Assembly (NCBI RefSeq): GCF_006345805.1
Contig: NC_043011.1
Span: 4,774,001 to 4,838,000, forward strand
DNA: 64,000 nucleotides
Direction: 5' to 3'
Source of the DNA: Octopus sinensis
Taxonomy: Eukaryota
Below, one piece after another: positions 1 through 10,395 of the stretch (within the stretch, counting starts at the first letter, position 1; each line of letters starts with the position of its first letter). The translations under genes were made by a program, and so were the position numbers. The notes under the pieces are model-generated. The model saw nothing but the letters and a program-made list of their open reading frames with translations. It was not told the origin of the DNA and made no database searches.

Positions 1-166
1 TCGATTATATCGACCACAGTGCGTAACTGGTACCTATTTAATCGACTCCGAAAGGATGAAAGGCGAAGTCGACCTCGGCGGAATTTGAACTGAGAACGTA
101 ACGGCAGACGAACTACCGCTAAGCATTTCGCCCGGCGTGCTAACGTTTCTGCCATCTCGCCGCCTT
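1..166 (-). mobile_element. tRNA-derived SINE, family B (octopus OK-like), partial
   Basis: Reverse complement gives ggcggcgag.tggcagaaacgttagcacgccgggcgaaatgcttagcgg... with a B-box-like gttc.caGTTCAAAT and a gcctttcatcctttcgg.gtcgat central domain; the same sequence recurs at 15033, 16216, 43178, 52188, 58820. Confidence 0.85.
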
Positions 167-892
167 AATATAATCGATTATGACGACTTAGTAGCTAACT
201 GATACATGTTTTATCGTTCCTCGGTTGGATGAAAGGCAAAGACGACTCCGGTAGTGTTTGAACTCCGAATGAAAAGAAACTTAATTATTCAAGAAGAATA
301 TTAATTGCATCGATTTCAATGACAGCGAAGGACCAGGCGGAGACAATGAATATACATAACTTCTGGTTCCAGAGCAAACCAATAAAAATAACCGCAAAGA
401 CTACGAAGCGGCATTTACTGATTCTGCTAATCATTTTGCCTTTCATCTACCTAAAAATACCAAGAGTGAAGACTTACTGAAAACTTATACATACTTGCCT
501 ACCCACTTAGCTTTTTATATTCCCTGTAATTCACTTTCGTAGCCGACCTTAAAATTTACCTTATACAAATACCTCCATGTAGAGAGAAGTAATCATTTTC
601 TTAGCATGTTTGAAACTGTTTTACAAACTTCGCTGGAAGCAATATTAAATACAATTATGTCAGAATATTTTTGTATATAATATCACCTACTTTAAGATAC
701 CCGCTGTGCAAGAAATATTTATTTATCTGCTTATCTCTTTCATCCATTCAGCATCTGAAATACCATCACTGATTTTTCTGGAATACATGATAAGTTATAT
801 TTACAATAGTATAGTACTAACACGCTATCTTGAAGAGAGCGTCTTCGCAGTGACATAGTTTTATAGTAATAGCGATACAGCGATTTCAGCAT

Positions 893-1615
893 ACATATAT
901 GCATACATACGTACGTACGTATGCATGTATGTATGTGTGCATGTATGTATGTATGTATGTATGTATGCATGTATGTATGTATGCATGTATGTATGCATGC
1001 ATGTATATATGATGTATGTATGTATGCATGTATGTATGTATGTATGTATGTATGCATGTATGTATGCATGCATGCATGTATGTATGTATGCATGTATGTA
1101 TGCATATATGCATGTATGTATGCATGTATGCATGTATGTATGTATGCATGTATGCATTTATGTATGTATGTATGCATGTGTGTAATAGGTTACGAGTAAG
1201 ATCTTACGATTATTCACGATCTCCGTTATTTTATGAAATAGGAAAAACCGCAATTAATGTTGCTCCGGTGCAATATTAATCATTATGTCAATTTGCTTTC
1301 AAATTTATATTATCTAATATTCGTCTGCAGTATTTATAACAACATTCACGATGTGAACAAGAGTAACGAAGATCTTACTCGTAACCTACGTTACATGCTT
1401 ACATACATACATATGTATGTATGTATGTATGCATGTATGTATGTATGTATGATGTATGTATGTATGTATGTATGTATGTAAGCATGTATGTATGTATGTA
1501 TGTATGTATGCATGTATGTATACATGCATATATGTATGCATGTATGTATGCATGTATGTATGCATGTATGTATGTATGCATGCATGTATGTATGTATGTA
1601 TGTATGTATGTATGC
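893..1615. repeat. (TATG/CATG)n microsatellites interrupted by a 169-bp duplicated segment
   Basis: Direct reading; source of the HTYI/MYVC ORFs. Confidence 0.95.
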
Positions 1616-2690
1616 ACTCAAAATTAAGAGTTCAAGTTCCTGGAGAGTTATACTTGTTAGCCGGGTTAACATTCATAGCTTGAGAAATATAATTGACTTT
1701 GGTAAATGACCTGTGATAAAACCCGGTGTATAAACGCTTTATCACAACATATCAAAATTTGTTTTTGAAAAATATTTCAAAGGGAGAGTATTCAATAACT
1801 GGGGTATACTATACCGTGTAATCTTTCACACTAACTGGCGAATAATCAAGTATTTATAAAATAAGCGTGTTTACCTTATAAGATACCGGCTTAAAATAAA
1901 AATCATAAATCCATATTCCGTTCATTCATAACTATGTTTACATTACAAGTATAGAAAGTTAATTATCTGTATATGTTTTTATGGACTTATGCACATTCAT
2001 ATACATACGTACATAATTACCTAGACAAAACTTATCTTCATGCATTTCATCCCAGGAATTCCAGTATTAATAATGTCTGCGTCCATTTTAAATTTAGACT
2101 ACAAGCAGTGAAAGTTATGTTTTTGCTGCAAGATTATTCACGATCTCCGTTATTTTATGAAATAGGAAAAACCGCAATTAATGTTGCTCCGGCGCAATAT
2201 TAATCATTATGTCAATTTGCTTTCAAATTTATATTATCTAATATTCGTCTGCAGTATTTATAACAACATTCACGATGTGAACAAGAGTAACGAAGATCTT
2301 TGATATGACTACGGAATGTTCAATAAGATTGTTCCTGTGAAAGTGATCCGGTTTCACCAGAACTTCAATTTCGACTATAACTTTAATAGTTCAAATACAA
2401 ACACAATTTATAATCGGCTGACTTTACAATGTGATTCAAGGACCAACAGTTTCCTGCTTGGTTCGGCCCTTGAGTCGGCTTGCAATGTCTGCTGATTAAA
2501 ATTAAAGGTATTCGCAGATGTGGTTGAATTGTAAGAAGTTCGCTTCCCAATCACATGGTTCTGGGTTCAGTTTCTTTTGCCCTTTTTTCCGTGAAACCGA
2601 GTATTTCTAGGTTTTTGTGCATATTTGTTGGTACATAGCCTAATGCACCGCTGGTGTCATGTACGAATGAGAATTTATAGTCGTGTGTGT

Positions 2691-3300
2691 ATTCCTTTAT
2701 TCCTTTGTGTGTTTCTGCCCAAATAGATGTGGCTATGCTGGGGCACCACCGTTGAATGAGCTACACTAGTATGTGAAACCAACTCTGATACGTGGCACTT
2801 GGTCAGCAAGGGAGTTCGATGCCGCTGCCCGCATCTGTGTCCCCTGCCGAGAGGTAGGTTCATCTGGGACCCCCGACAAGAAGAGATCCAGTTTAGTTTT
2901 AAAGAAACCCACATCCACACCATGCAAGTCTCTCAGGCATTTAGGGATGATGTTGAAGAGCTGTGGTCCTCTGAAACCCAAGCTGTTGCAGTATCTGGTC
3001 CTGTATTTTGATGGTGATGTTGGAATCTTTAGCACCATGCAGTGGCGCCCCGTTCTGCGGTTGGGGTAACTTTGGATGCCAAAGTTTGGGACAAGATCCT
3101 CCAGGATTTTCCAGATGTATATCACTGTATATCTCTCCAGCCTTCGCTCCAGGGAGAAGAGTTTTAATACTTTCAGTCTTTCCCACTCTTTCAATTTGAC
3201 TGGGAGCTTACCACTTGCAAGAAAGCTCTGAAAAAGAAGCTGTAGCGGTTTTGCAAGGGCTCGTTTGCACGATTTGAGAAGGATCGCTGGAAATTCAGAT
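2691..3300 (-). mobile_element. CR1/L2-group LINE, 3' fragment with the RT core deleted
   Basis: Minus frame reads FPAILLKSCKRALAKPLQLLFQSFLASGKLPVKLKE (pre-RT segment) joined to WERLKVLKLFSLERRLERYTVIYIWKILEDLVPN...RGPQLFNIIP...RAAASNSL (typical C-terminal segment), then a short 3' UTR ending in (AAAGGAAT)2. Confidence 0.8.
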
Positions 3301-3315
3301 TTTATTAAATTATAT

Positions 3316-3715
3316 TACTCTTTTACTTGTTTCAGTCATTTGACTGCGGCTATGCTGGAGCACCGCCTTTAGTCGAGCAAATCGACCCCAAGACTTATTC
3401 TTTGTAAGCCCAGTACTTATTCTATCGGTCTCTTTTGCCGAACCGCTAAGTGACTGGGACGTAAACACACCAGCATCGGTTGTCAAGCAATGCTAGGGGG
3501 ACAAACACAGACGTACAAACACACACACACACATATATATATACATATATACGACAGGCTTCTTTCAGTTTCCGTCTACCAAATCCACTCACAAGGCATT
3601 GGTCGGCCCGGGGCTATAGCAGAAGACACTTGCCCAAGATGCCACGCAGTGGGACTGAACCCGGAACCATGTGGTTGGTTAGCAAGTTACTTACCACACA
3701 GCTACTCCTGCGCCT
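3316..3715 (-). mobile_element. tRNA-derived SINE, family A (octopus OR-like, CORE-type), full length
   Basis: gcaggagt.gctgtgtggtaag (A-box), ggttccgggttcagtccc (B-box), ggcatcttgggcaagtgtc CORE-like block, internal (TA/TG)n, tail ggcggtgctccagcat.gccgcagtcaaatgactgaaacaagtaaaa. Confidence 0.9.
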
Positions 3716-3995
3716 ATTAAACTATATTATATATATTTTCCCTCAATATTACACCTAGTAACCATTTTTTAACGCTTATCATCAATGATGATTATATATT
3801 TAATGGTAGTTTGTAAGAGTCCATTTACATGCGCGAACAGATGAAAAACCAATCTCTATTTTAGCATTCAAGAGATTATGCGCAAGTATATGTGAAGAGC
3901 ATGCGTGAAAATACAGCAGCGTTTACAACAAAGATACCAAAATTTAGTTTTCATGAAAAGTCATTAGTTGTTATATTATTCTCAATTCCTGAATG

Positions 3996-4190
3996 TGGTG
4001 CGTTGGCAGAATCGTTAGCACGCCGTGCAAACCACTTAACGGCATGTGGTCTGCTGCGGTCGACTTTATTTTTCATCCTTTCGGGGTCGATACAAAATAA
4101 GTACCAGTTGAGCACTGGGGTAGATGTAATTGACTTATCCTCTCCTCGAAAGCTGCTGGCCTGTTGCCAAAATTTGAAAGCAATATTATT
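3996..4190 (+). mobile_element. SINE family B, degenerate
   Basis: tggcagaatcgttagcacgccg ... tttcatcctttcggggtcgatacaaaataagtaccag. Confidence 0.75.
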
Positions 4191-4194
4191 CTCA

Positions 4195-4455
4195 ACCCCT
4201 GGACGTTACTGTCCGTATCGTAGGACTGATAAGGCTGGTTACTCGGTTTCCATGGTTTGTAAGTGACCGAGATCACTATTCCCTCTAAACGGGACGTCAC
4301 TCCGTCCTAGGATTACTCGATTACGGCTTAGTAGACTGGAGCTAACTGAAATGAAGTGTTTTGCTCAAGAACACAATGCACACCCCGGTCTGAGAATCGA
4401 AGCTACGATCTTGCGATCGTAAATGAAACCCATTATCACCAGGCCACGCACCTTC
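4195..4455 (-). mobile_element. tRNA-derived SINE, family C, degenerate
   Basis: Reverse complement begins gtgaaggtgcgtggcc... with ttcttgagcaaaacacttcatttc; related copies at 5324, 51450 and 60467. Confidence 0.6.
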
Positions 4456-5323
4456 ACCGTTGCTTATGATATGCAATCGTCAAATTTGCCCAACATCAAT
4501 AAAGTACGTCTCGAGGAAGTAACGTCGTCTTTAATTACGAATGACAACGCACTTGTGATGGACATTTACTCTTTTACTCTCTACAATGTAAAACCAACGT
4601 TAAATACTTCAACAACCCATTTTCTTTTGCTTTGGGGAATTGGTATTATAAACTGTAAGAAAGAATATCATTCTTTCGGATAGATTAATTAACCGCAGAC
4701 GACATAAATCATAAGATAATCCCCTAGCAAGCGATATCGGTGTGTACCCAGTTTCTTTCAGTTATGTCACTAATGTTCTTGAGAAAATCCTGAATGCTAT
4801 AGAATCCTATGTTCCCTCTCTTAAGTGTCCAGAGTTGTTGCACTTGGTGAATGTAAATCATTCTTTAAGTGCTGTTAAAAAGACAAAACAATTTAGTAAA
4901 CACAGTCATTGCTACTAGCGCCGCCACCTTGTAAGCTGGAATTTTAAATGTATTTGTATACAAGAATAAACTGGATGGAATTGAATTACTTTACATGTTC
5001 CTGACAGACACTGTAGAACAGAAACAAGAACTCGTTGAAATAAACCTCGTGGCTTGTGCGGAAATAATTTCAAGCTATACTGAATGACCGAACATTCGAG
5101 ATGAAGAACTGCAAACTCTAAATAAATAAATAAATAAAACAGATGAAATATGCCACACATCTCTTCAGGTCACATGAAGGGGCTCAACCATAAAGTTCCT
5201 TAATGTTTATGTCTGGGAGATCTTAACTTAACTCATAAATACTGTTTTATTATTAATGTTATTAAAATTTGGCTCAATAGCGTTTGCCCTATATTTAACT
5301 TCTGTGAAGGCGCGTCGCTAAAT

Positions 5324-5600
5324 AGTTAGGAAATTCGGCTGACGATTACAAGGTGCTGAGTTTGATACATGGTGGCGCGTTGTACCTTGAGCAAGACACT
5401 TTATTTCACGTTGATTCAGTCCATTCAGCTGACAAAAAATGAGTAATACTTGTATTTCAAAGGGCCAGCCTTGTCACATTTATCCCTGAGAACTACGTGT
5501 GTCTGTGAAGTGCTCAGCCATTTGCACGTTAATTCCACGAGCAGGCTGTTCCGCTGAACGAACCAACTGGAACATTCGTTGCTGTAACCGACTGAGCGCC
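5324..5600 (+). mobile_element. SINE family C
   Basis: tgtgaaggcgcgtcgctaaatagttagg...accttgagcaagacactttatttcacg...gtgctcagccatttgcacgttaat; homologous to 60467-60825. Confidence 0.65.
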
Positions 5601-6507
5601 AGTTTTTTTTTTTCTTTTTTGATTATTATTCCATTACTTCTACCAACCAGCCTCCTACCTACACAGCAGTGTAGGTGATCATTGCTTAGTTTATAAAAGA
5701 ACACTACAATAATAGGTGGTGGAAATTGCCTTGAAACGTCAATGATTTCTGAAATTTCACGAGAGTTATGGCTGCAGTTTACAGATATCACTCAGTATGA
5801 CACTAGACATTATATGTCCTTATAGATTGTTCCACTTGGCGGTTTTCTGGGAGGCGTTGTACATCCTTCTATAAGACTCGCACAAGTTGACTGAAAAACA
5901 GGTTACGCCAAGAGCCACAGGTTACTTTATATAATTTAAAAACAACTTAGCGCAGACGTAAAATAGACTTCATTACTGTTTCCTTAACGTGCAATGTTTT
6001 TAGTTCAATTTCTCCTTTGGATCTGAAGAAGATACTTCAGCACTAAACCTTAGTTCAACAGACTCCTAATAACCTCTCTTTACCTTGTCATTGCCAATGG
6101 ATCGAGACTGGCTTTGAAAACAAAAGACTGTGGTTCTAGGACTGAAGAAAGGAAAGAACGTGTGCAAGTGTAAAGGTGTTATTTTCTAGATTACTGATAT
6201 TTTTTAACCATTGTTTTTTAGGAAATGTTTTGTACGGTATCGTTGCTTTAGTCACCGGATTCCATCATACAACTCTTAATCATCAAAGACCAAATGTTGG
6301 CTAACTCTCACGGATTATGGCACTTCTAGCTTCAGGTGAACTAGAAATCAATAATGACGAATTTAAAGTTTTTATTAAGCACATTTATTTGTTTGGAGAG
6401 AACTAAACATTTCAAATCAATCCCCAAAATTCTACTGACAAAAGTCCTTAACAGAAAAGAACATTTTAAGCAAACCTGTCTCATCAGTTAACCGATTTTT
6501 TTGCATA

Positions 6508-6725
6508 TGCTAGGGGGCGCTGAAAATTTTGTGGCTTTGGGTAAAAGAAAATATAGGAAGATAAGTTAATTGATTTTATTCAACACATTACCCTTTCAGA
6601 TTCACACTCTTATTGCAGTGGTCCTTCAGTTTTTCTAAGCCCTGTAAAAGAACCCGGAAGGTTTAGCCCCCAACCAGGCCTTTCGCGACACCCTTAAAGC
6701 CAGCAACTTTTCAGCACACCTTCGT
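6508..6725. mobile_element. Mariner-type MITE
   Basis: Imperfect TIRs (agggggcgctgaaaattttgtggct / agccagcaacttttcagcacaccttcgta); an inverted related copy lies at 61944-62158. Confidence 0.7.
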
Positions 6726-6802
6726 ATGGCCAATTCATATGATTAAAAAAAACAATAAAATGAGCCAAGGAGAATGATTCAAATGAACATGACATAAATA
6801 AA

Positions 6803-6958
6803 GTTGTGGCTGTGTGGTAAGTAGCTTGCTAACAAACCACATGGTTCCGGGTTCAGTCCCACTGCGTGGCATCTTGGGCAAGTGTCTTCTGCTATAGCCC
6901 CAGGCCGACCAATGCCTTGTGAGTGGATTTGGTAGACGGAAACTGAAAGAAGCCTGTC

Positions 6959-6960
<2 letters not shown>
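6803..6960 (+). mobile_element. SINE family A, 5' half (split by the PLE palindrome)
   Basis: tggctgtgtggtaagtagcttgc...gaaagaagcctgtcg followed by (TA)n. Confidence 0.9.
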
Positions 6961-6990
<30 letters not shown>

Positions 6991-6995
<5 letters not shown>

Positions 6996-9900
6996 TAAAA
7001 AGAATCCAACCTTGTCTGATTTTCACGTTTATTTACAATCTATAATGATATATCATAAGATAATATATTATAATTGAATAAAATAAATGAAATAGTAGAA
7101 TGTTAAATATCCATTCTGATTGAACTAGTACTTTCATGCATTGAATTCTGCAATCTTCGGGTTCATGTAGTAGTGTTGACAGTCATGCTTCACAATTTTT
7201 GACTGTAGCAAGATGATTGATTCTGTGCTATAAATACAGCTGGGTAGGCTCCAGAGTGCTAGGTTTTGCAAACTGTATTCTGACCAATCAGTGTGTAGTA
7301 TCACTCAATTACTTAAGCTGATTGGTTGGTTGAGCTGATTGGTTTAGGCATCACGCTTTGTTGGACATGTCAAGAGTCCTGTATCTTGACCCTGGCCGAA
7401 GCAGAATTGTTGGGTTATTTAGAAATGTTGTAAATATCCTTGTCAGAGATTTATATTTTTATATTTCAATTGTCATCATCATCATTGTCAGCACCTTAAT
7501 TATTGTTGCTAGTGGTGATGGTGGTGGCAATAGAACTTTTAACCCTAAATAAGATAATTTTCCTGCTATCTTCGTCTTGATCACCTTTAGTATTGTGTTG
7601 TTGTTAGTGGTCATGGTCGTAGCAGTGGAAGTAATACCTCTAAGTATTATTATTATTATTATTGCTTATTTAGCTTGGGTTCGAATTTATCAATAAAATT
7701 CTTTTCTCTGATTTTCCTCTCGATTTCACTTGGGCTGTGTAATTTGTAGAATGGAAATAATATATATTTTTCCGACCACATGTTGCTAGGTGGTTACTCA
7801 AAGGTATTTGACGGACCTCTGGGTCTCTAATCTGTTGCCGGTGTACACGTGAGCGTTCTAATAGTGCGTTTCCCGTCTGACCTACATATATTTCTTCACA
7901 ATTTGGGCATTTGATGCAGTAAATTAAATTTCTGCTTTTGCAGTTCATATTCGCGTTTGTGAATATTTTCCCGGTTTTTGTGTTTATATATTGACCGGTA
8001 TGTATGAATTGGCATGTGCCACATCGGCTATCATTGCATTTAGATACCGTGAATGTTTGGTCTTTGTTGCTGAGGTCAAATTTTGCCTTTGTTAGTAATG
8101 TTTTCAAGTTTTTAGGCTGTCTTTACTAAGCACCATAGCTCGATCCGTGATTATGTCTTTTAATTCATTACTTTGGGCAATGATTGGTAGGTTTGCTTTG
8201 GCAATGTTGAAGATATTCTGGTGACATGGGTTGTGTGTCACTATGAATGGTATGACTTGTTCTTGTTTTCCTCTTCCTTGGGTTGTCCTAAGTTGTTGTA
8301 TAGGTATTTTTATAGCCCGCTGTATGCCATTTTCTATAAGTAGAGATGGGTATTTTTGTTTGAGCAAAAATTCTCTTAGTTCTATTAGGCGTTTGTTCCT
8401 GATATTTGCATCTTCTACAATAGTACAAATTCTTCTGGCTAGGCAGTATGGGATGTTACGTTTTGTATGTGGTGGATGGCACGACTTAAAATTTAGGTAT
8501 TGATGTGTGTCTGTGTGTTTATAGTATATATCTGTGGTGATGGTGGTGTCTTTTTTAATTACCATTATATCCAGGAATGGTAATTTGGTATTACTCATCT
8601 CCTTTGTAAATTGGAGAGATGGGTGTAGGTTGTTCAGGAGGATATTGAACTCTTCCAGAGTATTTAGAGATTCTGTCCAGATTATGAAACAGTCGTCTAG
8701 GTATCTCTTCCATGCCTTTTCAATATACTTTCTAAACCCAGTGCTATAGTTTACCTCCACCTCTTGGTAGAGTTGTTCTTCTAAGTATCCCATTACAGAG
8801 TTGGCGTAAACGGGAGCAAACCTCGTTCCCATCGCCGTGCCTCTAATTGGATGTAATTCTTTCCATTGAAGAAGAATGTGTTATTTTCTAGAATAAGCTT
8901 GACTGTGTCTAATATAAATGGCACTGTGAATCTGCTGGGAATCACTTCTCTATGTTTTTCTAACCAGTATTTAATCGCCTTTATTCCTAAATCGTGTGGA
9001 ATATTGGTGTAGAGGCTTACCACATCAAAACTTAGTAAAACTGAATTTGTTTCTGTTGTTTGGGAAGATGGGACAGGAAGTCGATGTCATCCCTGATGAA
9101 ATTGGTATGTAAGTACATAGTGGTTTCAAACAATGTCAATAAAATTGCTTAGACGGTGTGTAGGGCATGCTGGACCAGCTATAATAGGTCTAAGTTTTAG
9201 GTCTTTTGGATGTAATAATTTTATGTACTCACTTTCTTGTTCTTTTACTGCCTGTTGAATGTTTTTTGATTTGTGTATTTTTGGTAAGCCGTAGAAGTTG
9301 CGGGGTTTGGTTCAAAATTGGTGATGTAGTCTTTTTCATTATCCGTAAGTGAGTTGTGGTGTGTTGAAATCAGGTTGTTGATCTTTTTCATGATGTGGTG
9401 GTCTATATTTGCGGGTATTTCACAATAGAAGGTTGTATCCTTCAGTTGGTCTTCAACCAAATCCTTATAGTATTCGGTATCCATAATAACAATTGCACCA
9501 CCTTTATCTGCTTGTTTAATTATTATTGTTTGATCGTTTTTTATACGTTTACATGCAGACATCTCTGATTTGCTAATGTTTGGCCTAACATTGGTATTGC
9601 GTCTAAGGGGAAATTTAGACAGGATATCAATGTATTGGTCAAGGTAGTTATTTCTTCCTTTTGGTGGGGTGAAATATGATTTATTCCTTACTAGGGATTC
9701 ATCAATCTCATTACTTTTGTTAGCGAAGAATTCTACAAGTCGTAATTTTCGACAGAATTTTTGGATATCCTCCTTTAATTCTTGGTGGTTGGCTGTTGGT
9801 GTAGGTGTGAATTTCAGTCCTTTTGACAGAAGTTGGATTTCATCATTGTCAAAATCTCTTTTTGATAAATTAATTATTTTAGGATCTATACGTTCAGTTG

Positions 9901-10378
9901 TTTGGGGTATGTTTCCTCTTGGATTTTTTCTTTCTCCGGTGTTTGTTGTCCTGACGTAAAAAAATGGATTTTTTTCTGGTTATGATTTATATTCCTGTTG
10001 ATGTTTGCTTGATGAATTTTGCGTTTTGGTTGTGGTACTTTACTTGGTTTCGTTATGTTTTCTGTCTTGTTTTTGGTATTATGTATGCTACTTTTCAATT
10101 TCTTGTTAGCATTGTTTTTAACCACCTGGAGAAATGATCTGGGTTACTTCTAGATCTAGATCGGTTTTTTGTCCAGTTTCTTGTGGGTAATCTCTGTTGA
10201 GGTCTTGAAAATGATCTCCTGTTATTTCTACTGCTAATGGTCTGTTCAAAACAATATCTATTTTGTTTGTGCTTTTTGTTCCTGTTGTGTGCATTGGGGG
10301 TGTTTGCATACAAATGGGAAGAGTTCTTACCGTAGTTCGTCTTCGATTCGTGGTGAAACAGGTGTTCATGTTGCCACG
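6991..10378 (-). mobile_element. Penelope-like element (Neptune-like), left arm of palindrome, 5'-truncated
   Basis: Minus-strand frames encode IINLSKRD...LLSKGLKFTPTP, ADKGGAIV, YGLPKIHK, SFDVVSLYTNIPH, AMGTRFAP, WKRYLDDCF, FLD, Cys-rich CNDSRCGTC and GIY-YIG IYCIKCPNCEEIYVGQTG. Confidence 0.95.
7659..10378 (-). pseudogene. PLE RT + GIY-YIG polyprotein, frameshifted in this assembly
   Basis: Track ORFs 9245-9562, 8793-9023, 8104-8832 and 7670-8107 are consecutive pieces; most breaks fall at homopolymers. Confidence 0.85.
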
Positions 10379-10395
10379 TGTTCTGGTGTATGTTG

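Noticed and set aside
740-1709. HTYI/MYVC-type ORFs here and throughout the window (17, 27-28, 44, 47-49, 50-51 kb)
   Set aside because: Translations of tetra- and dinucleotide microsatellites, open in most frames.
2132-2510. Coding-looking frame ...NKSNEDL*YDYGMFNKIVPVKVIRFHQNF...
   Set aside because: Interrupted by stops and no recognisable domain; TGA readthrough is unsupported.
6004-6069. Possible terminal exon FNFSFGSEEDTSALNLSSTDS* after a tttttag acceptor
   Set aside because: Too short, no homology recognised and no partner exons; needs RNA-seq.
10379-10395. Palindrome loop as a missed sequencing adapter
   Set aside because: The 17-nt loop does not resemble a SMRTbell adapter and the flanks are not mirrored; read-level confirmation is still needed.
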